From positions 1 through 37,105 of IMG/VR virus record IMGVR_UViG_3300033076_000347: DNA of 37,105 nt; one strand, given 5' to 3'. Below are positions 24,573 to 34,722 of the stretch, one piece after another (the stretch's first letter is position 1; each line of letters starts with the position of its first letter). A model generated the notes under the pieces. It did not search any database and had not been told where the DNA came from. It worked only from the letters and a program-made list of their open reading frames with translations. This DNA comes from a virus (taxonomy: Duplodnaviria; Caudoviricetes). The position numbers were made by a program, and so were the translations under genes.

Positions 24573-25388
24573 TTATGGGAAACTTTTCATCACTTCAGAC
24601 TCAGCCGCAAAAAGTTCAATCTTCTGATCCATAGCGTTCTCAAGAGTGAATACACAGTAGTGACCCAATACTCCGTGAGACTCAGCGACTGAGTTCTTGA
24701 TGTATAGGAAAAACTCCGTATCGCTTGGTATTGGAACTGTTAATGGGTTGATCATATTGTTATTCACCTCAATCTCATTAATGCCTGCAGGTAAGTTAAC
24801 ATTGACAGACAATACCGGCCCGGCAAGTTCGGGAACAGGATACCCGAAATACAGGTAATCACCAACACTAATAATGTTCCCAATATCTACAAGAGGATTG
24901 ATGCTGAACTTTACAATCGCATTATTGGTCCCGGGATTTTCAACTAAGTAGCTTCTTCCAATACCATTCAAACTGCGGAGGTATGTTTCTCCGAGACTAT
25001 TGTTTCTAATGAAAGCGTAGTATGATTGCTCTTTCTTCTCAAACCAAGGGGCTGATATGAATCCTGACAGTTGAAGATCGGTAATCATGGTAGCACTCCA
25101 TGCGGCGTCACCTTCTAAATTGAGTGTCTTGAATAGTTTATTCTCAAGAGGCACATCATTGAATACACTCTTCAGTGTCGTTGGAACGAACGCAGCTTGA
25201 GGATTTTCATTCTTCAACCAATAGTCATAGTAAAAAGTATTCCTAAGCGGATTGGTATTGTGCTTATATAGATTCCCTCCCTTGAATGTGTACAGGAAAT
25301 TATTCATTCCGGTAATCCAATCAGGATGGTAAGAATAAAAGGACACCCATCCTTTTACCTGCTCTGAGTATGTAAGTGTATTGTTCAT
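24573..25388 (-). CDS. tail structural protein resembling the C-terminal part of a stabilization/nozzle protein
   Basis: TLTYSEQVKGWVSFYSY.PD, YTFKGGNLYKHN, VFND.PLENKLFKTL.LEG, FEKKE. Confidence 0.65.
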   Translation of the reverse strand: MNNTLTYSEQVKGWVSFYSYHPDWITGMNNFLYTFKGGNLYKHNTNPLRNTFYYDYWLKNENPQAAFVPTTLKSVFNDVPLENKLFKTLNLEGDAAWSATMITDLQLSGFISAPWFEKKEQSYYAFIRNNSLGETYLRSLNGIGRSYLVENPGTNNAIVKFSINPLVDIGNIISVGDYLYFGYPVPELAGPVLSVNVNLPAGINEIEVNNNMINPLTVPIPSDTEFFLYIKNSVAESHGVLGHYCVFTLENAMDQKIELFAAESEVMKSFP

Positions 25389-25389
25389 C

Positions 25390-26340
25390 TTATAAGCACG
25401 CGTCTAATATAGCAATAATGACACCATTCTGTACTTGAATACCATCGTTTGGAGCTTCCACAAAGTTTGTTCTGTAGTATCCGTCAGGCATTTTATTCTG
25501 ACCAAATGAGTCCGTGAACACCATGTCGTACAAGCCCAAGTATGGAGCCGTAGCATTTCCAACACGAGCCACAAAATAGTTCTGACTTATTGCCGCGTCA
25601 CAGAAAATAGGATCCTCAGGTTCAATTGTAATAAACCTCACTGATGCTTTAAACTTGTCTAAAGCGGCAGGGCATTTAACCTCATATTGAAACTCTGTTC
25701 CTGAGCAAGCTCCGTAAAACTTAAGAGTAAGTGTTGATGGTGATGCACTAAGCTTAGGGATAACCATTTTGCAATACCCGGGATCTGATGGCGATAACAC
25801 CACCTGACCGGGAGTTATCGTTACCGTTTCAGTAGCCCCTGTTGCGACAAACGTACCACCTTCTCTATTGTAGACAGGCAAGCTAACAACCGTTGTGTTT
25901 CCATTCAATCCGCAATCATTGGCGATATTACCTGTAAACGTAGGAAGCCCTGAAGTCCCGGCAATATATCCAAATGCCTGAGAGCTAAGCTCATTGTAGA
26001 TAACGCCATCTAATTCAGCTTGAATTCCATCAGGAACGCTAAAAGGATCAAATGTTATTACGATAGCTCCAACACTTGACGGCAATGATCCTGTATCAAT
26101 TTGGGCTACATACAATCCCTGACCTCCTGATCCAAATGAGAAGCCATCTCTACAAGATTCTCCACATGTAGGACATGGTTGAACGGGCTCCAATACTCCG
26201 CCTACCAATCTACGGATATTAAGGCCATCAGAATAATATCCATCCGGGGCCGGTATGGATAATCCTGAGTTGGTATACACAGACGTTGAGTCAACCAATG
26301 ACGTTCCGTCTAAGAAAAAGGGTTCTGCGTATGTCGGCAT
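25390..26340 (-). CDS. putative tail/structural protein
   Basis: 316 aa beta-rich; related APDGYYSDG and MPDGYYRT motifs at both ends; CPTC. Confidence 0.65.
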   Translation of the reverse strand: MPTYAEPFFLDGTSLVDSTSVYTNSGLSIPAPDGYYSDGLNIRRLVGGVLEPVQPCPTCGESCRDGFSFGSGGQGLYVAQIDTGSLPSSVGAIVITFDPFSVPDGIQAELDGVIYNELSSQAFGYIAGTSGLPTFTGNIANDCGLNGNTTVVSLPVYNREGGTFVATGATETVTITPGQVVLSPSDPGYCKMVIPKLSASPSTLTLKFYGACSGTEFQYEVKCPAALDKFKASVRFITIEPEDPIFCDAAISQNYFVARVGNATAPYLGLYDMVFTDSFGQNKMPDGYYRTNFVEAPNDGIQVQNGVIIAILDACL

Positions 26341-26352
26341 TTTTGTTTTTTA

Positions 26353-29300
26353 TTAAGGCGCACCACAGGTTCCTGTGAATACATTAATCGTTACAGTTCC
26401 ATTATACCCTGATCCATTAGGTAGATTGGATCCAATTTTACCAAACCAACCTTTTACTCCTGTTCCTCCTGATTCATTAAATGGATTCCAAGTTAACCAA
26501 GCGCTTATTGAAAGTTGATTTGGAGGCAGTGTAAGATCAGGAGTTCCTCCAACATTCGTGTTAAGTCTTCCAAACCAAAGACCTATTTCGCGAGGGAAGG
26601 CTGACGAAACTTCGATGGTTACATAATAACTTACACCTGTTGTTAGTCCTGTTGGATCAGAAGGTAGGTTATTTACGTTCCTGAATCTTCCAAAGTAATT
26701 TATACCACCATTGGTACCCCAATCAACACCTTGCCATACAGCAGGGAAAAAGTCCTGAGCGGGTGGGATAGCTGTAATCTCACTTCCTGATTCTGTGTGA
26801 ATGGCCTGAATCTGAGTACATGGATATGGAATACTACATCCGCAAGATGATACGATGCTAAATATAAGCTTTGAAACATTGGCGTTAACAGGAGCAGCTC
26901 CAACAATACCGCAGAATTGAATGGTCTCAAGAGCTTGAAGTGTGTATGTATACATCACATTATCGCAACCTCTCATTTCAAAACTAAGTGGTCCGGTTGC
27001 TGTATTCTCTACTTGCCAAGTAATACAATCACTATTACAACATCCGCAATCGTTGGTTAAGAATACTTCAGCTGTGCCGACAGAAACATTGATAGTCTCT
27101 GCTATTGGTGTGCATGCTACAAATGATGATTGAGGATCCATCACATGAACAGTTGATAGTCCGGTTGAGCAGTCAATGTAATTCAATGTAGCTCCATCGT
27201 TTGACCAAACTGAGAATTGATGACAGTCATCTAAGCAAGCTGTGCATCCACACTCAAACAAAGACACTGTTACATTGCCTGAAGTGACGTAATACTCTTG
27301 ATTGTTTACACACACACGACCTGATTCTCCGGGTCCAAATGTAACCGTAGCAGGAGTTGATGACCCGCATAATCCTAATGGGAAATAAACCTCAGCAGGA
27401 TTCGCTTCATCGAGATTTACAAACGTGTATGCAACGCATGCTTCATTACATATAGAGCAATCACAACACAATGCTTTTAACTCTTCCTCAGTAGCGGGGT
27501 ATGGAACATAGCACAAATTCGATATTCCCGAATTTCTAAGATCCCAAACCAAGTACAAGAAATTACCATCAACTGTTGGAGGTACTGTAAACGAAGCTTG
27601 ATATTGAGTAGGACCGCCTGTTATTGGTGACGCCACAGCGCTTGCCGCCAATAGGTCAGCTATACCCATTGATGTGTTTGGATAGTAAGTCGTAGTTCTT
27701 AAGTACCTCAGTTTATTGCCAAGAGGGTTGAAATCGTAAGTATCGGGCGTGATTTTATTCGTTCCGAATATCAGCGTACTACCCTGAGGTGGTATAGAAC
27801 CACTTCCTGCAGGACCGATAACAGAGTTATATCTTGACACCACAGGGTCAGTTCCTGTTTGAAATACCACAGCATCCGACTGAAGAGGCCCAATGTAAGC
27901 GCCATCCACATATCTATACTGAGTATGAATGGTCTCACTTGAGTTTTGATTACTTGTAATAACCACTTCGATGATTGTGACCTCATCAACAACAGGGCAT
28001 TTTGCCATCACTGACAGTACAACATTTCCATTGTTAGCTGTAATTACAATACCCGCATTGGTTTCTGATATTGAGTTCTTGTTAAATTCAATATCACCAC
28101 TAATGTTTGTATCCTCTACAACGTATGAGTTAGAATTGTAGGATACATTAACGCTAAATGAAGCTCCTTCACTTATGTTGAGCACAGACCAAGAAACAGT
28201 TGTGTTTCCTACTGCACTTCCTAAGTCTACGCAGAAGTTTGCTAAATCAGCTTTCCCTCCTTCCTCAAGTGATATTGAAAAAGTTTGAGATATTCCACAA
28301 GCCAAGCACTGAGGATTTCCGGGCAATTGACGCTCGTTTGACGATAACACATACTCATTCATGTATGGATCATAACCGCCAAGCTTTTGAGTATTTGAAG
28401 AATTAATGAACTCATCTCTAAACCAAGTGCGCATATTGGCTTCAGAAATTACAGCCAATTGATCCTGAGATACCGAATCACCTTTAAGTTGAATAACAGC
28501 ACCACGCTTTACGTCTGTAAAGAATCTATCATATCCCCATTGCACATAACTCTCAGGATTGAAACTAATGCCGTACTTTTCTACACGGGCGATCTGCGTT
28601 CCTAATACCTCAGGCACAGATGTCAATGCGCTACCTGCTCCGGCATCTGACAATAGATTCTTTCCTGCCAATACGTATGAAACTTTATCCTCTTGCAAAA
28701 CAAGAATATCCGTCTCTCTTCCATCCAAAACTTGAATATCACCGAAAGAAGTCTCTAAGTTCTTGAAATTAAGAAGGCCAAGATTGAATTCGTTCAATCT
28801 GTTTACATTCGTCTCCTGATTGTAAACACCGCTGTAAGTGATGTCAGCAAATCTTCTTGCTTCTTTATAATCTTGAGAAGCAACTGTAGTTACGCGCTCA
28901 CCTAAATTAAATGTCTTCCCAACTAAAGAGTCTCTAACCTTATAACTTTCAACACCATTACCAAAGCTAAAGCAATTGAAGAAACCTGTTCGTATTGTAC
29001 CGGGGATATCACTTGCAATATTTTGACTAATGTCACCCTGATCTCCATTTGACAAATGGTTACCATTTGAGTCAATAGGAAATGATAAGTTATTCTCAAA
29101 GAATACGTCAGGCAAAGTATCGCTTGGCAATGTTTCAAAGACCATTAAAGAATCAGCCCTAAACACTGTAATCTTCGTAGTGATTGACGACCGTCTTCTT
29201 TCAGCGCCTGTAGCTCCGGGGCATCTTTGGGTTCCTGTTATCTTGAGGACCAATTGATTGTTTGCGTATCTGTAGAACTGATACTTGTTATTACAAACAT

Positions 29301-31929
29301 CACCGCTTGGGATTCCAAATCCTGAATAAAAAGTATTTAGTATAGGACAGTTTCCTGATCCTCCTACATCTTGAGTTCCTTCATTAAGAACAGCCGCTAC
29401 ATTATCTCCAATCCACCAATCGTACATGTTGTCATAGTTGGCTGATGAAACAAGGGTGACGTTGTTAGTGTATATCCTTCTTTCGCAACTATTGTTTCCG
29501 TCTCCGGCTCCCAATCTTTGAAACTTAAACTTCATTTGAATAATACTTCCGGCGGGGACTGTATAGTCAGTCCAAACTCCGGGAGCTGTTTCAATATTCA
29601 TAGGGTAATCCTGCAATGGGTAATCTCCACTATTGTTTTCGTTAGTAGTGATTGACCCCGGATTTATGATAGCATTGGCAGGAGTATATACCTGAAAATT
29701 TTCAGGTGACATCTTCATGTAAACACCCGCAGGAGGAACAGCCCCTGATGATGTGGTAATAAACCCTTCCTGCTGAGCTTTCTTTTCAAGTACAGTAGCA
29801 TAAACACAACCTAAGATTGGTCCGCTTGAGTCCCTCTTGACTATGTATCGAGCGCCCTCTTCTACCTTTCTCATATTCTCACCTTCAAGTAAAAAATAAA
29901 CATCACTTGATCCGGCTTCATGAAAGAAGATGTTGGAGTAAATAGTTTCGTAATTCTCAGCATCAGCCTTACATACAAACTTGTATCTCTTAGCCCAAAA
30001 TGGAGCTCTCTGCGAAGTTGGTATATTTACTGTTATTGAGTTTTGATTTACAGAAAAGGCGCAAGGAACATGCTCCGTATTATATGGGCTTACCAATGCT
30101 GTTGTTGATCTGTTGAATTCATCCATGTAGACAATACCAATCTCATATCCCCTATTACTATGTAAGCTTCGAGGTGATGATGACTTTTGGAAATAAGCCT
30201 TACTATCGATTATAGTGAAGAATGAATAAGTGCTATCTGTTATAGCCGCAGGATTGTCAACATATTTCATTGCCAATAACTGAATACTAAAATATCCGTT
30301 AGTTGGGGAAACGTCCAACAACGCAATAGGTTGATTGACAGCAGTAACGCCACTCTCATACTTTTCATACTCAACAGAAGTTGACGTATTGGTTACGGTA
30401 TCCTGAATTATGCAGTTAAGCGAATCAGTAAATGTGATTCCATCGCAAGATGTATTATCCCCTACGATTGGTGAGTAAACAGGAAGAATATTAAACGCTG
30501 TTCCTATAGCGTTTTGAAACTCAGCACTTGTAACCATCGCATAAACAGATGGATAGTCAGTAGGTAGAGTAAATGAAAAGCTAATATCTGTAGGTGCTTG
30601 AGGAGATGCAAACCCGGTAAGAAGAACCCCCTCTATTGTCATGTCAATATTCAAGGAAGATCCGGCTGTTAACGGAACACCAACCAATACAACTCTAAGT
30701 ACTGAATCGGGAACACCTATCGTTGGAGTAATAATAGGGTAAGCCCCATTAAGCGTTTCCGTTATCAATGTTTCAAATCCTATGCTATTACTAATCAGCT
30801 TTGTCGAATACTCTAATCGCGTAGGATTGCCGAACTTATCAATCAAGTTGTATCCATCAATGTAATTTCCGTACATCAATCGATTCCCCATAATTGTCTG
30901 AGCCTTTGCAAATCTTGGCACATTGTCATACAATCTCAAGATTTCACTATCAGGAAGAACGGTGAATATTTTGCTGTTGTTAAATGTAAAAGAATAGAAA
31001 GAGTTATCAGGTATACCCAATAAGTCTTTGTCGAGTTTTTCAATAACCTTTATGATGTTATTGTTCGCCTGTTTAAAAAGAAGATCAATACCAACGACAA
31101 GAGATCCGCCCGTTTCACATGTTACAACCGCAGCGTTGTATCGATTGGTCATGCCTTCGTTCATGTAGCTCTCAGGACTAAACTCAAAAGTGTTTGGAGA
31201 GAATGCAATATCAGACCACTGAGATGTGGCTGAGTACTCACCATTGGCGTACTTATATCTATAAGCAAATGAAATAAATCTTTCGTCAAGATAATTATTC
31301 TCATTTCCTTGATTAATCAACTGAACAGTTGGAGATTGAGCAGGCGGTCTTTTTACCACAAGCAACGACTCTTTCAAAAGATCGGGATCCCCGTTATAGT
31401 CAATATTAAAAGCATTCGGTAGGGCATAGCTTTTTGTTACATCAATAAACCTTGGAGGGTTGTAGTTATCTGTAAAGAAAAGCATATTTCCAATCTTATC
31501 CACGCCTGTAATCAGATTAGATGGATTGAAATTTAAAGTGGTTGCGAACCCTGTTCCGTCGTCAATACTTACGACATGATAGGTCAATATGTTTGATAGC
31601 ACATTGAAAGAAACAATCATGTCAAGAAGCCCCGGCTCTCCTACCGTAAAGCTTGAGTCGTGAATAAACCAATAAATAGTGTCTGTTGAGCTATCTGAAT
31701 ACGCCCCAATGCAAAGAGCATCTGTGCTTATATAGTCTCCCGTAACAGGGTACATAAGATCTGTAAGCGCAGTATTACCTTTGGTATTCTCAATGACGCC
31801 AATTTCTGAATTCTCCGTAGAGCCCATGCGGATATTCATAGCATCAATGTACTCGCCATCAGGAACAATACGCTCATCATACGTCTTGTTCATTCTGCCC
31901 GCAGAAAAATTCCTTGTAATATTCGCCAT
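26353..31929 (-). CDS. tail stabilization/nozzle protein (P22 gp10-like role) with Cys-rich C-terminal extension
   Basis: F.AGRMNK..DER.VP.GEYIDAMN, LFFTDNYNPPRFI, FAYRYKY..GEYS, GNRLMYGNY, YSGVYN..TNVN.LNEFN, FFTDVKRGAVIQL, GGYDPY. Confidence 0.75.
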   Translation of the reverse strand: MANITRNFSAGRMNKTYDERIVPDGEYIDAMNIRMGSTENSEIGVIENTKGNTALTDLMYPVTGDYISTDALCIGAYSDSSTDTIYWFIHDSSFTVGEPGLLDMIVSFNVLSNILTYHVVSIDDGTGFATTLNFNPSNLITGVDKIGNMLFFTDNYNPPRFIDVTKSYALPNAFNIDYNGDPDLLKESLLVVKRPPAQSPTVQLINQGNENNYLDERFISFAYRYKYANGEYSATSQWSDIAFSPNTFEFSPESYMNEGMTNRYNAAVVTCETGGSLVVGIDLLFKQANNNIIKVIEKLDKDLLGIPDNSFYSFTFNNSKIFTVLPDSEILRLYDNVPRFAKAQTIMGNRLMYGNYIDGYNLIDKFGNPTRLEYSTKLISNSIGFETLITETLNGAYPIITPTIGVPDSVLRVVLVGVPLTAGSSLNIDMTIEGVLLTGFASPQAPTDISFSFTLPTDYPSVYAMVTSAEFQNAIGTAFNILPVYSPIVGDNTSCDGITFTDSLNCIIQDTVTNTSTSVEYEKYESGVTAVNQPIALLDVSPTNGYFSIQLLAMKYVDNPAAITDSTYSFFTIIDSKAYFQKSSSPRSLHSNRGYEIGIVYMDEFNRSTTALVSPYNTEHVPCAFSVNQNSITVNIPTSQRAPFWAKRYKFVCKADAENYETIYSNIFFHEAGSSDVYFLLEGENMRKVEEGARYIVKRDSSGPILGCVYATVLEKKAQQEGFITTSSGAVPPAGVYMKMSPENFQVYTPANAIINPGSITTNENNSGDYPLQDYPMNIETAPGVWTDYTVPAGSIIQMKFKFQRLGAGDGNNSCERRIYTNNVTLVSSANYDNMYDWWIGDNVAAVLNEGTQDVGGSGNCPILNTFYSGFGIPSGDVCNNKYQFYRYANNQLVLKITGTQRCPGATGAERRRSSITTKITVFRADSLMVFETLPSDTLPDVFFENNLSFPIDSNGNHLSNGDQGDISQNIASDIPGTIRTGFFNCFSFGNGVESYKVRDSLVGKTFNLGERVTTVASQDYKEARRFADITYSGVYNQETNVNRLNEFNLGLLNFKNLETSFGDIQVLDGRETDILVLQEDKVSYVLAGKNLLSDAGAGSALTSVPEVLGTQIARVEKYGISFNPESYVQWGYDRFFTDVKRGAVIQLKGDSVSQDQLAVISEANMRTWFRDEFINSSNTQKLGGYDPYMNEYVLSSNERQLPGNPQCLACGISQTFSISLEEGGKADLANFCVDLGSAVGNTTVSWSVLNISEGASFSVNVSYNSNSYVVEDTNISGDIEFNKNSISETNAGIVITANNGNVVLSVMAKCPVVDEVTIIEVVITSNQNSSETIHTQYRYVDGAYIGPLQSDAVVFQTGTDPVVSRYNSVIGPAGSGSIPPQGSTLIFGTNKITPDTYDFNPLGNKLRYLRTTTYYPNTSMGIADLLAASAVASPITGGPTQYQASFTVPPTVDGNFLYLVWDLRNSGISNLCYVPYPATEEELKALCCDCSICNEACVAYTFVNLDEANPAEVYFPLGLCGSSTPATVTFGPGESGRVCVNNQEYYVTSGNVTVSLFECGCTACLDDCHQFSVWSNDGATLNYIDCSTGLSTVHVMDPQSSFVACTPIAETINVSVGTAEVFLTNDCGCCNSDCITWQVENTATGPLSFEMRGCDNVMYTYTLQALETIQFCGIVGAAPVNANVSKLIFSIVSSCGCSIPYPCTQIQAIHTESGSEITAIPPAQDFFPAVWQGVDWGTNGGINYFGRFRNVNNLPSDPTGLTTGVSYYVTIEVSSAFPREIGLWFGRLNTNVGGTPDLTLPPNQLSISAWLTWNPFNESGGTGVKGWFGKIGSNLPNGSGYNGTVTINVFTGTCGAP

Positions 31930-31930
31930 G

Positions 31931-32854
31931 TTATTTAATCATCTTATCCATACCACGGAGATTCATAAGCAATCTGCCGGGATGTATATTACTCATTCTG
32001 ATCTTAGCATTTCTAAGCAATGCCATTCGCTCTTTCCTCGCTCTTGCTACAACATACTCCTGAACACCGAGCTTAGAGTTAAGTATTTCATACTTGATTG
32101 CAGCGTAAATGTACTGCTCAAAAAGCTTGTTTACACTTATAAGTGAATTATCTCCGCCCTCCATTCCATCAGAGATGTACTCAAGGACACAAAGCTCACC
32201 CATCATCAACGAATCAAAGTTAATGACACCGGCTTTCTTGTCGATATTGAAGGTTGGATTTTTATTAGCAGTCTCGGTATTCAATCCGTAACGGGCCCCG
32301 ACTCTGTAGTTGAAGTACCACTCTCCATCTACACACCATCCCCAATGATTGTTGTATATGCTGTTTCTATTCAAGTAAAGACTCTTCTCAAGATTGTTCA
32401 ATCTATTATAATCAAGAGTTGATGTCTCAGGCTTAAGGATATTCCCGTTGATATCAAATAGTATATCGCCGGCATTATCTTGAAGGTAGGCATTTGACGA
32501 CATCACCTGAATGTTTTCAGTTAATGGCCTAAGAACACCGTCTTTAAGCATAGATATGCGCACCCAATTCACAAAGTCTGAAGGTAAAACAAATCGAAGG
32601 GAATCAGCTACACTAAGCTCCAACACCTTAACCTCTTTGAATGCATCGTAATTCAATTCCTGTATCGCTCTCTTAGCGTGAAACAAGACCTTGTATCGCT
32701 CTTCGTTATTTACCAAAGAGTGATTACCCGTGTGGATTAACATGAAGTTGTTGACAATATCAAACAAACTTACATACTGATACGACCCCCAATTTGCGTC
32801 CTTGGGATTGCTTCCATTGTTTTCGTAATATTCGTACTGAGAAATATAAGCCAT
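31931..32854 (-). CDS. head-tail connector / ring protein
   Basis: VLFHAKRAIQELNYD, LPSDFVNWVRIS, LEYISDG; position in the structural operon. Confidence 0.65.
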   Translation of the reverse strand: MAYISQYEYYENNGSNPKDANWGSYQYVSLFDIVNNFMLIHTGNHSLVNNEERYKVLFHAKRAIQELNYDAFKEVKVLELSVADSLRFVLPSDFVNWVRISMLKDGVLRPLTENIQVMSSNAYLQDNAGDILFDINGNILKPETSTLDYNRLNNLEKSLYLNRNSIYNNHWGWCVDGEWYFNYRVGARYGLNTETANKNPTFNIDKKAGVINFDSLMMGELCVLEYISDGMEGGDNSLISVNKLFEQYIYAAIKYEILNSKLGVQEYVVARARKERMALLRNAKIRMSNIHPGRLLMNLRGMDKMIK

Positions 32855-32856
32855 TG

Positions 32857-33828
32857 TTATTGTTGTTGACTAAATGTAGGTTGTTCGTGTTGTTCTTGCG
32901 CCATAGCAAATTGAACAACTTGTTGCTCTCTGATTGATATACCGCAGTACTGAAGAATCTTCATAGCTAACTTGTACTCATCCTCAAGAGGCATCTCAAA
33001 GTCTTGATAGTCAGGCTGAGATTGGTCAAACACAGGCTCTCCATTTGCAAGTGAAATGTACGTCCATTTAGGCGCTTTAGGATATCTAAAGTATGTCGCG
33101 TTAACAGCGCCGTACCCTTTGATTGAGTTTGGATACAGTGTCATTATACCATCAGACTGAGTATAGGCCGGAAACATTATTGATGGAGCTGTAAGCATCG
33201 ACATGTTTAATGACGAAATCTTCCCATTCGATATTCTTTCGGCCTCAGAATAAGTTGCGTATGAGTATATGGAATACCCTTCAGAAGGATTTAAAAATAT
33301 ATCATCTACCAATCCTAAGGCAAATGAAGCCAATATGGCATCAACAGTCGTTGACTGATTTGTTGTTGTATTAACGACAATGTCCCCGGGAACAACACCC
33401 AAGTTGTTGAAGTTAACCGCTGAATCAATAAGCTGATTTACATTGACAGAAGTATTTAATCCTGAGATTTTTTTATTCGTGTAGCAAATTACCTTATTGA
33501 CCATGTATGCTTCATCTCCTGTTGTTACAATAGATGGGTTGTAGAAATTGTTAGTATCAGCACCTAATGTATTGGGCTTGGGGTATAGATTCTTGGACAC
33601 AATAAACACATCCAAAACTTCAGCTATCGGCTTTGATAAATCAGCATAATCAGTACCTGACTGTCTTGAGTTTTCAAAATTAGTAGCCTTATTGAAATTA
33701 CTAAAATACTCCTCAAACAATTCCATCTGCGCTTGTTGCGCAAATAGATTGAAATCAGATGGAGAAATATATCCGTAATTGTTTTTATTGAGAACGGACA
33801 ATACGGTATTTCTTACTGAATTGATCAT
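32857..33828 (-). CDS. head-tail connector / ring protein
   Basis: LNKNNYGYISPSDFNLFA.QAQ.E.F, YFRYPKAPKW.Y, DFEMP; position after the capsid genes. Confidence 0.65.
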   Translation of the reverse strand: MINSVRNTVLSVLNKNNYGYISPSDFNLFAQQAQMELFEEYFSNFNKATNFENSRQSGTDYADLSKPIAEVLDVFIVSKNLYPKPNTLGADTNNFYNPSIVTTGDEAYMVNKVICYTNKKISGLNTSVNVNQLIDSAVNFNNLGVVPGDIVVNTTTNQSTTVDAILASFALGLVDDIFLNPSEGYSIYSYATYSEAERISNGKISSLNMSMLTAPSIMFPAYTQSDGIMTLYPNSIKGYGAVNATYFRYPKAPKWTYISLANGEPVFDQSQPDYQDFEMPLEDEYKLAMKILQYCGISIREQQVVQFAMAQEQHEQPTFSQQQ

Positions 33829-33841
33829 GGCTTATTTTTTA

Positions 33842-33849
33842 CAAATATA
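33842..33849 (-). promoter_or_regulatory. Bacteroidota-type -7 promoter element TATATTTG
   Basis: Matches TAnnTTTG directly after a terminator and 13 bp upstream of the start at 33828. Confidence 0.55.
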
Positions 33850-33852
33850 GTC

Positions 33853-33881
33853 AAAAAAAATAGGGGCTAATTAAGCCCCTA
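33853..33881 (-). terminator. intrinsic terminator
   Basis: TAGGGGCT-TAATT-AGCCCCTA followed by T8 on the minus strand. Confidence 0.85.
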
Positions 33882-33902
33882 CCTTTTTAATCAATCATCA
33901 AA

Positions 33903-34649
33903 TCAATCCTCAGAGAGGATAGTCTCTAACATTTTCAATGCATCGATTCCATCGTCGCTTTGAAGATAGGCCAAGGCCATATCAAACGCATCGCTTCCGA
34001 ACGCGATTGAACACATCTTCTTCTTTGACGTTGGGGTGTTGAAATAAATATCCTTGTTGTTTTTCACAACCAACAATCCGCTGTCAAAAAACATTCTGAC
34101 TTTGGCTTGGAACTTGAGCTCAGGATCTTTTACAATCTCCATGAATGTTTCAGGATCCTGTCTTGCGAACACCAACAAATCACGCTTCATCTCAGCGGTA
34201 GATATAGTTGATGGATCCTTTCCGAAGATGACACGAGTCAACATTTCCATTTGACTAATCTCAAGACTTCTTGCTTCAATCAATGCATCTACTTCAAGAT
34301 TCAAGTAGTTTACATCCTCATAAGCTTCTTTCTCTTTATCCAACTCAGCGAATACGCTTCCATTCTGTGGGTGGTAGTGCAAAAACTCCTGCAATACAGG
34401 ATTGGTTTTTGGAACGTGCAACATACCATCCTCAAATACGATTGGCTCCAAGATTGGGTTATTGTCCTGCTCATCCTCAAAAGGTGACTTTTGATTGATA
34501 GCGTATCGTAAGATTCTGTTTTGATTTTTCTTTTCGTCAAACCACATCAACGGGAATCGAGGGTGGTTACGAGATGCTAACAGATAAGTTAGCGGAGATC
34601 CGTTTAACAAACGGTAAGTTTTGTCCTTAAGGATTTTTTCTTTTGACAT
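33903..34649 (-). CDS. conserved virion-associated protein downstream of the major capsid gene
   Basis: Start reassigned to MSKEKILKDK (34649) because the longer start 34694 lies within the terminator; RILRYA.NQKSPF.DEQ, LQEFLHYHP. Confidence 0.75.
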   Translation of the reverse strand: MSKEKILKDKTYRLLNGSPLTYLLASRNHPRFPLMWFDEKKNQNRILRYAINQKSPFEDEQDNNPILEPIVFEDGMLHVPKTNPVLQEFLHYHPQNGSVFAELDKEKEAYEDVNYLNLEVDALIEARSLEISQMEMLTRVIFGKDPSTISTAEMKRDLLVFARQDPETFMEIVKDPELKFQAKVRMFFDSGLLVVKNNKDIYFNTPTSKKKMCSIAFGSDAFDMALAYLQSDDGIDALKMLETILSED

Positions 34650-34678
34650 GATTTTATTGGATTTAGAATTAAAAGAAT

Positions 34679-34711
34679 AAAAGGAAGTGCCCATGTGGAC
34701 ACCTCCTTTTT
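34679..34711 (-). terminator. intrinsic terminator after the major capsid gene
   Basis: AAGGAGGTGTCC-ACAT-GGGCACTTCCTT followed by TT and an AT-rich tail on the minus strand. Confidence 0.8.
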
Positions 34712-34722
34712 AGTTTTAATGA

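Noticed and set aside
34650-34694. Longer N-terminus (MGTSFYSF...) for the gene after the major capsid gene
   Set aside because: That ATG lies within the terminator hairpin; ATG 34649 has the A-rich leader typical of this genome.
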